NCBI GenBank assembly: GCA_008632985.1
Contig: QPGO01000200.1
Span: 1 to 64,000, forward strand
Direction of reading: 5' to 3'
DNA: 64,000 nt
Source: Psammoneis japonica
Lineage: Eukaryota
Below the pieces are notes generated by a model that ran no database searches, had not been told where the DNA came from, and saw only the letters and a program-made list of their open reading frames with translations. Positions within the stretch are counted from its first letter, which is position 1. Each line of letters starts with the position of its first letter. Below are positions 1 through 12,885 of the stretch, in pieces. Both the position numbers and the translations under genes were made by a program.

Positions 1-1520
1 TGCAGACACGGAGCTTGAAATGAATGCGAAAGTGTCAGGTGACACGGTTGAGGAATTGAATTCCAAGACAGAAGCAACACTGATGACCAAAAAGAGTCAG
101 TGGCCAAGTCATCTGAGGAGAAAGGATTGGGAGCCACGGGTGCGATGTGGAGTCTCAATGCAGAGCCAGCAGTGACCCGACGCAAGGAGAAGGAGGCTGC
201 TGAGATGAATGACGACGTTGACTCAGCTGCACGGAAGAATGTCGAAGACAAAATACATCTAAAAGCAACAGAGCTGTGCGAAAACAACAGCGACGACATC
301 AGAATGCGCGAGAGCTACGACCGCCATCGCAGTGCATGCGGAACCAACTTGCACGCAAATGAAGATTGCTGCATTGCACTTTTAGCTGCATTTCTTGTTG
401 TTGTGAAGCAAGCCGGAGCACAGCCAAAAGTCGCTCATCTCTCTTGCAGAGTGATGAGATCCCGAAAGTCCTTGTGCAACGCCGAAACCAGGTGCCACAG
501 AACAACACACGCAGCCGAAATTGGCAGCAGGTGGGCCCCACTTGTGGCATCTCCAAGCTCTTGATCAAAAACGCTGTTGTGATTGTTCGTGCGCTCGGCA
601 TTTTTTTGTCTTCTCAGCTCCACGAAAGAATGCTGAAGACAAGACGTCTAAAAGCAATGGAGCAGTGTGAAAGCAGCAACGACGGCATGAGAGCATGTGA
701 GAGCTGCGACCGTCATCGCATTCTGTTGACTTGCGCAAGGAACAACTTGTGCGCAAATGAAGATTGCTGCATTTGATGCTGCACTTTTAGTCTTTCCACT
801 TCCATTTGAAACGTTTCGAACAGTGGCTCAAAGATTTGAAACACACCAGTGTCAAAAGCAGCTGTTGAAATCGGTTGCGCAGGGCGACGTTGCCTCAAGA
901 GCACCGTCAAAAGATGGCGCTCAAGCTTTTGCGCATCTTCAGAGTGAAATGTCACTGAAAAAAAGCAAAAGGGGGGACGTGCTGCGGAGACAACAAGTGA
1001 ACTTGCGAGTCAACCGCGTTCTAAATCAACACTCCCTGCGAGTGAAGACTTTGCCGCATCATGTCATGCTGATGCGACGGAGCCCCAAACCCGCGTTCTG
1101 CCAATGGCATGATCTGCTTGGCAAGCTTTTGCTGCTTCACAGATGAACACTGCTGTCCATTTCAACAGCCGCGACCTGACGGGTCAAGCGAACAGGCAAC
1201 TTCCTGCGCTCAAAGACACGAGAGTGACATGGACTCAAGGCCGGAGAGACGCGTTCGATTTGCCCCGACCTCTGGACTTAACTGGCAACACCTGCGCCAC
1301 CTAGAGACAACACGCCATCAAGCAAAATGAGTTGTGGAATGCCAAACGAGAGCGAGCTCTAACCCAGAGGAAGGGCGAGCCATCCTTGGCGATCCGGCAT
1401 TCAAGCTTGGCGAACAACAAACACATCGTGCGAGACGACGAGTTGTGATTGAAAGCGCGAAAGAATTTCCGAGAGATTTTGCACGACCGTTGCTAAATTT
1501 CTCAATCACCATCATTTTTG
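1..1520. repeat. TpA-depleted degenerate repeat or TE-derived block, runs off the left edge
   Basis: Very few TA dinucleotides. Internal direct duplication ~300-385 vs ~690-790 (GAGAGCT.CGACCG.CATCGCA ... GCAAATGAAGATTGCTGCATT). No recognisable protein. Confidence 0.5.
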
Positions 1521-2029
1521 TGCATCGTAGAATGAAATACCATGATTTCGTATGTAGACGATTCGTTGGAACTCGGTGCTTTCTAAAACACTACTGATTC
1601 CTACTTACACTCTACGGCAACGGTCCAAAACGCAAAAAACTGCCGACTGTGACGTCTTTGTCGAGGCCCGAGCTCCAGAATTCTCCAGGATCCAGATCAC
1701 CACTAGCTAGTATACGCGACTACCGGTACTCACCGCCTGCATCCTGAATCCGTCCTGGCACAATCACAATGATGTTGCACCGTGATCGGTGAGTCCTCAC
1801 GCATCACGCATGATGAAGGTCAAAGTGAACACAGATCGAAGATAAAGGACGGAATATCTGAAGAGAAGAAGGAATCGAGATTCTCTACAGTAAGAATCAA
1901 CAGAGAATTCAGAATGGGGATTGAAGAACATGTATTTGTCGAGTCGCCGTCGTCAGAGCTCCGGAGCTGACGCAATCGCAATCGGCTCGCATTCGAGACC
2001 ATCAACGCATAGAGAAACTGTACGGGACT

Positions 2030-2673
2030 CTATTCCTATGGTGCATTCTTTTTCTTTTTGCTCATGGGGTGGCAGGCAATGTGTGAGCCTCGTACGGATT
2101 GTGAACCTCGAAACTTTTGGTACAATTGGGCTGTTCAAGTGCTTGGCTTGTTCACGTACATGGTGACCGTCTCGTTGCCCTGGAGAATGGCCAACTTTTG
2201 GCACGCTGTTGGTTGAGGTTTATGGAAGAACACTCCAGGCCTCGATCTCTATGCCCTACCCACCAAAGATATTTGGAACGTAATGTTTGTTTGGATTGAT
2301 TGGCGTATTGGTATGTACAATGTTTCGTCTCTCGTCTCATAGCCCTTGTCCCTTTCTCCTTTGGAGTATGCGACTTATCTACTGCAGCTATGAGCTTCAG
2401 GCGGAACATGGATTAGAGGTTACTTTATTTTTTGCGATGAGTTTCACGTTTGCATTTCTTGCCTTATGGTGTCATTGGGACCTTCAAATTACGACGGGCG
2501 AATCCAGGGTTTTTGCGATGGAGAGTCTCCCGCCGACATGGTTAAGAAGCACTGGAAAAGGTATTGTTGCCGCGTGTGTGGCGGTGGTAAAGCTGAAGAT
2601 GAAAACAGTGACGCTGAAATGGAAATTACTGAAAGCGAACTTCAATACCGCCACGAAGACCAACAACAAATAA
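2030..2673 (+). pseudogene. Disrupted multi-pass membrane protein remnant
   Basis: Hydrophobic fragments in different frames (FWYNWAVQVLGLFTYMVTVSLPWRMANFWH followed by an in-frame TGA; then ORF 2287-2673). Confidence 0.3.
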
Positions 2674-5115
2674 TTCTGTAGCCGTTTCTTTGGCAAGAGA
2701 CGAGCAGAACTAAGAATGTGGGAATAGGATAGTAATGCATGCGTTTTTATTATTTTTGCAGTTTTGTTCCTGACACACCTTCTTCTTGCGGATGCGATTG
2801 ATCCATTCATTTATTGGCTCAGCTACTTTTTCCGCCAGCCACACAACAGTTAACAAACAAGGAGCCCCTATCTATGCTTGATCTCTATTAACTGCGCTTC
2901 TTGTTTCCATCTCCGTCATTCATACACTTCTACTACTAGAGTAGAGAGTCAGTCTCTAGAGAGAGTGACTCCGCGAAACATGGTGCGATGCGGCGCGCTC
3001 GTGATAATCAAGATTGACGAATCTTTCTGACTTCTTCGACTGGCTTTTGTCTTGCGTCAGCGGCATTAACAACCCCAAACCAACAGCGCACAAAGCAACC
3101 AGGCACTGTAGCTGCAACAGTGCCTGCTTTCTTTCCCAAAGTTTGCCGTCGCGATGAAGCAGGTTTCCATCCTTCTTGCTGTTCTTGCCCCATGTGGTGT
3201 GGAAGCTTGTTCTCCTCGCACGTGTTGGTTTTGTGGTTCTTGGCAGTGGATCAAGCTGCAAGAAGCCACACATCGTCTGTTTTCTTGGCATGCTGAATGC
3301 TGGATCGAGGCGACAGAATGTCAATTTTGGCACATGGTTTTGTTGTCTTCTGGGTTTGATGTCGATGGTCACTGTGGGCAGCAGGTTGGCACACTGTCCG
3401 GACAGGTGGGGATCGATTGAATCGGGGTCCTTTGGCATCTGCAAAGGTGCAGACCTGCGCCATCTTCCCACTGGGGTCACCTGGAGCTGATCTCAGATGA
3501 GGGAATGCAGGATCCCCTGAGGCAACATTGGGTCACCCAAACTGTGGTGACACTCATTCTTGCATTGACGCAGTCGCATGCTTCAAAACTCTTGGGTTTT
3601 GCCACTTGTCTGACAGCTTCAACACCATCTTGCGGAGCATCACCTTGGCTTCCTTGCCAAGTGGTCCACTGCATGACACAACAAAGGGTGTGAAATGGCA
3701 GCATTGTTCAAGACAAGGCTTGAGGTGCTTGCACTTTTTCTCATGTTTGAGGCTTGCCAGGACTTCTCATGGTGTTCTTTTGGACAGGTGCAACACCTTG
3801 TCCGTGTCAGGGATTTTAGAACATCTGTTGCCATGTCTGTCCTGTGTCAATTCCTTCAACATCATCGAACATCACAATTTTCTGCAAATTGGTCACATGG
3901 ACAAATTGATCATTTTAAAACATGTCATGTGCTTGTTGTTGTTGATTGTTGTGTTTTGGTGGCACAAATTGTCACAAAGATTGGCGATCTTGGTCCTTGG
4001 TCGTTTGTCACGACAGCAATTCTGGTGCTGCGATCACACAAAATGCTCCTTGAAAGCTCCACACACAGCACAGCAAGCTTTTCTCACACAGAGGAGACAT
4101 CCTGCTGCACATCCATTGCATGTTCACCATCATTGCAGACCCAAATTTTGTTGTGCCATTTTTTGTGTTTTGTGCTTGAACCCTCATTTTCTTGACTGTT
4201 GCTTTGACTTCAAGACTCGCATTGATTGTGACAAGGTCATCATTGTGTTGTGTTTCACAATTTCATTTAAAAAGGTGGGTTGTTGAGAGAGTCCCGGAGT
4301 TTTTAAAATGGCAGTCGCATCATCGTCAAAGTCCCAAAATTTGCTTGTCTTTGAGGTGCGCATGTTGAAAGACCCTTGATTGCCACAAAACCACAACCAT
4401 TTCTTGCCAAACCAAGAAGGGCCTCACCCAGCTGGTCAACCTTCTCAAAACAACATCCATGTCTTCAATGAACAAAAATGAAGAAGAGTGGCTTAAACAA
4501 GGCCAAGCAATGTGCATGGGCAGGCACTGCATCATCTTGATCTCCGCTCCAAAATCCAAGATCCAGATCCAAGATCCACCTCTGGGAAAAGTCTCACCAT
4601 GCAGGCCAAATCCCACGATCATGCAAAAGCCAACATTGAATTTCTTCCAATTGGAGGAAGAATGCATTGAGCTTGGGTGGTGATGATTGGCAAATTGTGA
4701 CTGTTGTGGATTTTTTTGTGGGCATTGACATTGGAAAGCTGTCTCCCACAAACACTCAACAAATCACAGCAAAAGGAAGCTGCGGGAAAGTCAGGTCATC
4801 TGGTCATGATGCAGGCCACCCTTTGTTCCCGATTTGACAAAATGCACCAAAGCTGGTCTCATTGCGATGTTGCAGCACAGAGGCTGAATGTGGGCTGCAT
4901 GCGTGCACACAGCACAATGGCAAAAAATTCGAGCCAGGCAAGTGCTTGTTTCGCATGGCATGATGGGGTGTCATCACGTGTGTTAAAAAATGCTCTGCCA
5001 GCTGCTTTGCAACAGAGAATGTTTGCTCTGCTGCAAATCATCATCCACAAGTGTGCTCAGAAGAGGAGCATCATTCAAATCTGCTGCTTTCTGCAGGGCA
5101 CCGCACTCATCTTTT

Positions 5116-5605
5116 GCACTTTAATGCCCTCAGCATGCAGTTGTTGGGTTGGTTGTTGGCAAGCCTTGCAACAATCCACCACATCTCTCAAACTGTTCCA
5201 TGAGCTCTGCTGCAGACTGTCAGCGCCCTCAGCCTGCAGTTGCAGGGTTGGATGGTTGCATCAGGGCCTTCTTTCACTTTGGACTCAGCAGTTTCAGGTC
5301 TCGCTCTGGAACGGATTGAATGACTGGTGGCCACAACTGCACCAGATGAGCTCTTTGACACTCCAGCAACATTTTTGAAGTGCTTCCTTGGCTCCACTGG
5401 AGACCTTCAACATGTCCTTGGATTTCAGCTGCACTCTGGAGTCTCAGGAGTTTTGCAGCTCTCACTCTGGTGGCTGGCACGGATTGCCAGTGACTGGTTG
5501 TGGTGGCAGCAACCCTCCACTGCCATTTTCAAAGTGTTGTCTGGGGTCCCATGGAGACCTTCAATGCCCTCAGCATGCAGCTGTTGTGTTGTTTAGTTGC
5601 ATCAG
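5116..5605 (-). repeat. Degenerate tandem repeat (~100-200 bp units), left part, interrupted by the Copia element
   Basis: Recurrent AATGCCCTCAGC(A/C)TGCAG.TG...GGTTG units at ~5120, 5222 and 5562. The minus strand reads PTTNPTTA-like peptides. Confidence 0.6.
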
Positions 5606-5772
5606 TGACAGACATCTGAGATGGGGAGTGCACTCCCTTGTGTCGGACAGACTGGCACAGACAGCATGGAGAGATCCAATGGTCTCTCTCTGCTCACTTT
5701 CTTTCTCATCTAGTGCATGATTGTCATCTGTCCCAGACATCCATTAGATTGTCCCAACACCACCAGTCTGCA
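5606..5772 (+). repeat. Copia 5' LTR
   Basis: Direct repeat of 12313-12489 with TG...CA termini; right end uncertain by a few bp. Confidence 0.85.
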
Positions 5773-6054
5773 AGGTTGTGAGCAGCAGTGCGCTGTTCCT
5801 CTTCCTCTGCACCCCTCTGTTGCAGCGCCTGTTGTGTGATTTGGCAATTTTTCTTCGTTGAAATCATCATCATTGTCACAGCTGTTTTTTCGCCTCTCGA
5901 TTTGTGATCGGATGACCACCGTAGAACACATGCCAGAGCTCCATGCAGGAATTTGATTTTTTTCCCGCACAACCATGGTGAACAAAAATCAAAATGCCGT
6001 CGATTTGACCATGATCAAGTCGATGCTGGTTGAATTCAACCCGCACACAATCGC

Positions 6055-7929
6055 TTGCCCGTTGCACACCTTTTCCTGAATGCCCTTCATTTGGACGAGA
6101 TCCCTGCTCCTGAAGATCTTCTGGATGGATTTGCTCCTCAAGGCCTCAAGCGTGACGCTCTTGCAACTCTTTGTCATGAGATTGTCCAAGACCTTGTCAT
6201 TCCTCAAGCTGCGCTTGCTGAAGATCTTGCGTGCATTGGACCACTCATTGACAAGGCTCCTCTCTTTGTGGCTTCTCCTCAAGGCTCTCAGGTTTGCCTG
6301 AATCTCACCAATCTTCAGAAGACTGTGATCAAGGCAATCTCAGAAGGCCATGACACCATGACGACACATGTTGGGACTGTTCGTCTCCATTTTTGTCCTG
6401 GTTTCCAGCATTGTGATTGTTGGGACGACATTTCTGACATCCCACACCCAAACTCGCCATCTGCTTCAAGTTCTGCACCTCCACCAGCTGCTGCAGCGGG
6501 ACCCACACCTGAAGACTTTGCTGAGGCCTTGGCCACTCATTTGCCTGGTCCAAAACAGTTTGAGCAAGCTGTGACCAAAGCGCTGAAGATGTCCACTCCT
6601 CCCACACCATCTTTTGCACCGTCTGCCATGACTGCTGCTGCGGCGGCTTCTTCCTTGACCACTGCCAGTGCTGTGCACACCTTCAATCCAAAAGGACTTC
6701 CCAAGGATGTGCTGGCTCACTGTCAACACAAGGAAGCCGGGAAAGCAGTGTCAGGGAAGTCGCTGGTGCCCCACAAGTCTGGTGACCCACACCACGAAGA
6801 TGGTGCTGAGCACCTCATCCTCACTGATGGTTCTCTCTTCATCCATTGCATTGATTGGGATGCCAAGTCCTTCCTTCGTGATCCTCTCACTTGTGATGAC
6901 ATCTCCTCTCAAGGAATCCGTGCATGGTGCACCACTGCAACCCTGCAGGCCTCCGCTTGTGGCATCTGCATGCATCCTCTGTGGTGTTTTATCAAGGACA
7001 GTGGAAACTGGGGTTTCACCTGTGGCAATGATCCAACAGATGATCTCCCACTCCAGATGACAGCAGCACTTGACAGAATGAAGTTGACTGTCTTCCAGTG
7101 TGTTCAGAAGGTTGGAATTTTTCTGGCGGACTCTGGGCACCCTGACATTGTTGGTCAATGCTGTGGAGATGGACATGCTGCCATCAAGATGATCCTCTTT
7201 GACATCTTGCCAATTTGGATGAAGCGTCCACATGAGTTGATCAAGAGCTGCCCACACCAAAACAATCTTGCAATTCTTAGCTGCTGTGCTCCATTCAGAG
7301 ACTGTCTCCAGCTGCGGGCAATTGTCTCCAACATTGATGCTTCTCTTGATGACCCTGGAGAGCTGGATGTTTTTCTTGGCAATGCTTGCTGTGGAGAGCA
7401 CCTTCACCATAAAACAGCAGATGCCCAGGAAGACAAGAACAAGCAACACAAGTTCACCCAGAAGAAGATTGTTGAAACCGTCAGTGCGATTCTCAAGGAA
7501 CTGGATGGTCCTGCTCTTCGTGTCAAGGATCCTCCCAAATGCCCTCCACGTTGTCTCCACAACTCGTCCAACCCTTCTCTTGCAGCTCCTGTTTGAGGTC
7601 TCAACTTGCTTCCCACAGATGAGGTGTCTGCTCTGCCTCCAGTTGTTGAGGAGACTCCAACGGAAACTGAGCCTCCCACTGCAGAAGAACCTGCAGATGC
7701 CATGGATTGCTTTGTGAATGAACTTGCTGCTGTGGACATTCCTGCAGATGATGACGCACAGGCACTGCATGGCATCCACAAGGCATGCATCTGCAGGATC
7801 AAGTCTTCACCTGTCATTGCACAGACCCGTCTGTGTGTTGTTTGTGGTGACAGCCACTTGTTCCATGAGTGCCCTGCATTGAACAATGCTGAGCACCACC
7901 CAAGCACCCATCTCACCCAGTTCCACTGA
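6055..7929 (+). pseudogene. Copia gag remnant
   Basis: 513-aa ORF with no Tyr, followed by a frameshifted CCHC zinc-knuckle ORF (7606-7929). Confidence 0.75.
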
Positions 7930-8269
7930 AGCACCTCTTTCCTGTGCATCATTTGCCAACCTTCTCTCGGACTCGACAAAGGCTGGCACTCCGGATCCCA
8001 AGACAATTTCAGATGATGACCCTGACAATGCCAATCAGGGGAGGGAACCATCTTTTCAAGAACCTTCTGCACAAGATGCTGATGTCCCTCTGTCCATGGT
8101 AGATCAAGACCAAGACTTTGAGCACCTTGATGTGACCACCACCCAACATTTGTCACCTCTCAGTGCAGCACGCATCTCCCTGATTTTTTCTCCGCCAAAA
8201 TCCCCTGCAACTTTCACGTCATTGAACAGTCCAATTGTCCCTGTCAATCATGTGCTTCGTGATTCAACA

Positions 8270-11200
8270 ACACATCAAGCACAGATTGATGCTGGTGCTT
8301 GGGCATCCTGCACAGGGGACAAGAACCTCTTTCATGCCCATGCTGCCTTTGGACCAAAGAATCCTTGTCCTTTGAAGATGCTTCTTGCTGCTGAAGGCTC
8401 TGACACAGTCCCTCATGGCATTGGTCATTTACAAGCACCTGCAGACAATGCTGATGGCTTCCTTCTTGTTCATGCCTTTTATCATCCAAGCCTGCATTCC
8501 ACTTTGATTGATGAACGTGACTTTGCGCAGGCTTCTGGGTTTAAACCTCAAGCCATTCAATCCGAGCTTCTTGAGAAGACACAGGCCAATGGAACTTGCA
8601 CTTACACTGCTTTGACTGATGCCCAAGAGGCAGTTGTCCATGGCATCCTCCAATGCGGCAAGGTGTTTGCACCACCTCTCGTTCCCCCGTCTGTGCCTCA
8701 TGCTTCTTCAGCATCCATGACACCTGACTTGTCCTTGGGTGATGACATTGATGATGCATGTCAACGTGCAGTTTTTTACATCAATGTTCAACAAGCTCCA
8801 TCTGACCCCTTGCTGATGGACACTGAGTTGTTCTTGATGCAGTGTGATTCGGCCCCACATGTTTTGCCACCATCATCTGCTCCCACTCTGGTCCGCTCTC
8901 TCAAGGTTGAGACTGAATGTCTCCTGTGGCACCAGTGACTTGGACATCCCAGTGATCACCACTTGCACAATGCTCACAAGTGTTTTAAAGGAGTCCCAAA
9001 GTTTTGACATGCCAATCCAGTCCTTGACATTTGTCCTGTGTGCATCCAGGCCAAGCAAGTCAAGACTCCTGCTGGACCAAGCATGACTCAAAAGGCGACC
9101 CAGCCATGCCAAGGCCTTGCTGTGGATTTTGCTTTTGCTGGTCAAGCTTCCAAGAATGAAGATCGCAAGTCTGGCTGTCTTGGATGCAATGGTGAAACGT
9201 GTTGGATCACTGTCTATGATCATCACACACGAATGCTCCATGGAGTTGCAAGAGTCTCCAAAGCCAGTCCTCTCAAGTGGCTTTGCCAATTCTTGGATCA
9301 ACATTCACCAAATTGTGTGACAAATGTGTGTTCATGGATCAAGGTGGGGAAGAATCCCAAAGTTCATGACCTCTTTGAACAAGAATTCCAGCATGACATC
9401 TGTCCTTCTGGCACTGGCACATCCAACCAATGTGGACCTGTTGAACGCTCACATTTGGCTGTTGAGAACGCGATTTGTGTGATTTTAATTGGCGCCAACC
9501 TCCCAATTCAATTCTGGCCCTGTGCTTTTTACCATCACCTCTGCATCAAGAATGCTGCTCCTGCAAAAGATCAAGATGCAGCACCCATCACTCTTGCAAT
9601 TGGAAAGGTCAAAGATTTTAGTTCCCTGAAGACTTTTGGATGTCGAGCATGGTCCAAACGTTCCGCTGCTGTTCTGCTGCTTTCCGGGACCAATTCAAAG
9701 AAGGGTGTCTTCCTTGGCTGTCTCCCGAACACCCTGAAGAATGTCATGTGGTGGGATCCTGAGACTGACAAAGTCAAGATGGCCAAACATGTGCGCTGCG
9801 ATGAAAGTGTGAATGATCCATTTTTGGAACAACTTCCTCCAAATGCTGTTCATTTGCAACATGTGGAAAATGGTCAGCCTTTTCCGGCTGAAACACAGGA
9901 CACAACCATGCCTGTGTTTGATTCTTGTCAAATCCTTTTGCTGCAACTGTTGCATGTGCCATGAAACGTCCTCCCAAGGATCCCACCTGTGGTTTTGGAT
10001 TTTCCCAGTGCACCCTCATGGACCATGTCTGTGTTTCAGAAATCAAGCAGTGCAGTCCTGCAGCTTCCTTGTTCTCCTCTCTCCATGCTGCTTGCAACAA
10101 GATCATGGGTGCATGTGTCATCTCTGTCAACAAGCGTGGAGTTTTTACTCCACAGGATGCTGAGGAAGCCTTGTCTCAAGTCTTCCATGATGAAAATTCT
10201 GACCTTCAAGATTGCCTTTGCACTGGAATGACATCTGGACTCCCGCACTCTCAACAAGGCATTTGAGGAAGTGGAGCCATTTGAACCTGATTCCATGGAG
10301 GACGACTCTCACGTGCCTGAACTTGCCTTGGAGGATGTCCAATCTGTTGCAGCCATTCTCTGTCCCGAAGATGATTTCTCTGATGAGGCTGTTCCCACGG
10401 ATGTTTTCCATGCTCACCTGAATGCGATCAGCTCCTGCTCTCTCACTCTGGAAGAGGCTGCCCTTGACTGACTCACCCATGCTAAGCTTTGTAAACTTGA
10501 CACATGGCCTGAATGGGAAGAAGGCAAGCAGCATCAATTGGACCAATTTCATGCACTTGGTGTGTGTGGTCCCCCTCAACCGCATCCTCCTGGAGCGAAT
10601 GTCATGCATCCGCATTGGGATCACATGGTGAAGCCTGATGGACAACACCATTCTCGGCAATGTGGAGACAGATCCAAGTCGGCTGTGCTGGCTTTGCTGA
10701 GTTGACTTCCACCTGTTTGTCGTGTGTGGAACGTTCCATTGAAAAGATGTTCTTTGCTCTCAGTGCAGCCATGTCATGTCATGTCTTTGGTGGTGATGCT
10801 CAGGATGCCCATGCTCATTCTTCTGGTCCTTCGCAACTGTCGATGATGCATGTGCTGCCTGGCATGAAAAACGTTTTGGCAAGAAAGTGCCCCGCCATCA
10901 TGTTCTCCCACTCAAGCATGCTCTTCAAGGCCACCCTGAAGCTGGTGTCCTCTGGGAAAAGCACATCAACTCAATCCTCACGGGTGCAAAACTTCTTTTC
11001 CGCAATGCTGCCCATGACAAGTGTGTTGAGTCTGGTGAATGTGATGGTGTCAAGGTCCCATCACTCCATCAAGTCGATGATTTTGCACTTGCTTGTCCCT
11101 CCAAGAAGATTGCAAAAGAGATCTGTGACCACATTGGCAAGGCTCTCCAGATGGAAAATGAAGATGCTCCTCCGTTCAAGTGTTTGGGTTTGGTTGCTGA

Positions 11201-12180
11201 ATTCAATGGCATTGATGTCATCCAGAATGATGACTCAATTGCTGTCAATGTTGCCAGTCACCTCAATCATGTTTTCAAGACTCATGGATGGGACGCTCCC
11301 ACTGTGAATGAATCTGATTCTGACTTCAAAGCTGCTCCTGTTCCAGTTGATTGCATTTCTGATCTGTGTGCCACTGAAGGCCCTGCCAAAGGTGCTCCCG
11401 AGCATGATGCTCTGTCTGAGTCCCAAGGTTTCTCCTGCCATTTGGCTCTGGGTGAACTGGTCTTTGCTTGCTTGTGTTGTTGCTTGGACGTTGGTTGCAC
11501 CATTGTCACTTTGTCCAAGTTCTCCAAGGCTCCAGCTGAAGTTCATTGTGACTCTCTCAAGCACATGGCAAAGTGTTTGTGGCGTGCCAAGCATTGGGGT
11601 TTGATGCACAAGAAGGCCAAGTGTGATCCTGGTCTTCCTCCTCATGATTTTGAATGGCTTGAGGATGATCCCTCTCTTCCTGACTTCCCTCATGCCAATG
11701 ATCTGTTTCAGCTTCTTGGTTTTATTGATGCAGCTCATGCCAATGAACTTTGGCATTGATGGTCTGCCACTGGCTGCGCACATGTCCTTGCTGGTGCTGC
11801 AATTGATTGCCATTGTTGCGCCCAAACGATTGCGGCTGCCAGTTCCACGGAAGCTGAATTTCTTGTGGCTGTCATGGGTGCCAAGCAGACTCTCTACCTT
11901 CGCATGGTTCTTGAAGAATTGGGATTTCCCCAACGTGATCCTGCTCCCTTGCACATTGACAATTCCTCTGCTGCCCAGATGATCAACAACAAGGTGCCTG
12001 CAGAGCGATCCCGCCACGTTGATGTTCACAACATTTTGCGATCCAAGACTGGCGTGACACAGGCAAGATTGTCACTCAACATGTCCCGGGTGTCATCAAC
12101 CCACTGATGCACTGACCAAGGCTGTGGGCTGGACACTTCATTCCCGCCATGCCCGCTGTTTGATGGGACATTGCCGTTGA
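8270..12180 (+). pseudogene. Copia pol (PR-IN-RT-RH), fragmented
   Basis: ORFs 7886-8938, 9038-9964, 10660-11307, 10887-11759 and 11865-12107 carry the motifs listed above, with many frameshifts and TGA stops. Confidence 0.88.
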
Positions 12181-12312
12181 TTGTTGTCATGTTTGTGGAT
12201 CAAGTCTTGGGTGTGTTTCTCATTTGTTTTTTGCCATTCTGGTCCTCTCTTTTTTGTTCAGATTGTCTCTTTTCTTTCTTGATGAGCTTTTGCATTGCTC
12301 ATCAGGGGAGGG

Positions 12313-12489
12313 TGACAGACACCCGACACGGGGAGTGCGCTCCCTTGTGTCGGACATGACTCCAGACTGGCACAGACAGCATGGAGAGATCCAAATGATC
12401 TCTCTCTGCTTTCTTTCTTTCTCATCCAGTTGCACGATTGTCATCTGTCCCAGATGTCCATTAGATTGTCCCGACACCACTGGTCTGCA
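12313..12489 (+). repeat. Copia 3' LTR
   Basis: Direct repeat of 5606-5772, preceded by a polypurine tract. Confidence 0.85.
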
Positions 12490-12491
12490 AG

Positions 12492-12885
12492 CACCAGTGT
12501 GTCCTTCAACTCTGGAGTCAGGAGTTTCATCTCTCACTCTGGCATGGATTGTGAGTGGCTGGTGGCAGCAACTTTGCCAGATGAACCTTGCAACACTCCA
12601 CTGCCATTCTCAAAGCGATCTCCCTGGGGGGTCCACTGGTGACCTTTAATCCCCTCAGCCTGCAGCTGTTTGGTTGGCTGGTTGCACCAGTGTGTCTTTT
12701 GACTCTGGAGTCAGGAGCTTCAGCTCTCACTCTGGCACGGATCAAGTGGCTGGTGTGGCTGCAAATGCCCACCACCAGATGAGCCTTGCAATGCCAAGCC
12801 GCTGTTCTCAAAGTGTTCCTTTGGTTCCAAGTGAGACCCTCAATGCTCTCAATCCTCAGTGGTTTGGTTGGTTGGCTGCAGTCTC
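12492..12885 (-). repeat. Right part of the tandem repeat interrupted by the Copia element
   Basis: Same units as 5116-5605 (ACTCTGGAGTCAGGAG...CTCTCACTCTGG; CCTCAGCCTGCAGCTG). Confidence 0.6.

Larger units (their letters stand above)
5606..12489 (+). mobile_element. Full-length decayed Ty1/Copia LTR retrotransposon (diatom CoDi-like)
   Basis: Paired LTRs starting TGACAGAC at 5606 and 12313. PBS-like AGGTTGTGAGC at 5773; PPT AGGGGAGGG before the 3' LTR; imperfect TSD atcag/accag. Domain order is gag, zinc knuckle (CVVCGDSHLFHEC), protease (QIDAGA), GAG-pre-integrase (LLWHQ*LGHP), integrase (GPVERSH, FWPCAF), RT (LQGHPEAG, HQVDDF), RNase H (IDAAHAN, STEAEF). Confidence 0.93.

Noticed and set aside
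6055..7596. Alternative genetic code lacking Tyr codons
   Set aside because: Neighbouring host genes use TAT/TAC and TAA/TAG normally, and non-coding LTRs lose TA too.
6751..7779. Minus-strand 342-aa ORF in the Copia element
   Set aside because: It is antisense to gag and stays open because TA-containing stops are depleted.
11067..11081. Copia RT QVDD as a mutated YVDD
   Set aside because: QVDD variants occur, to my knowledge, in diatom Copia lineages, and CAA is not one TA transition away from TAY. Not used as evidence.
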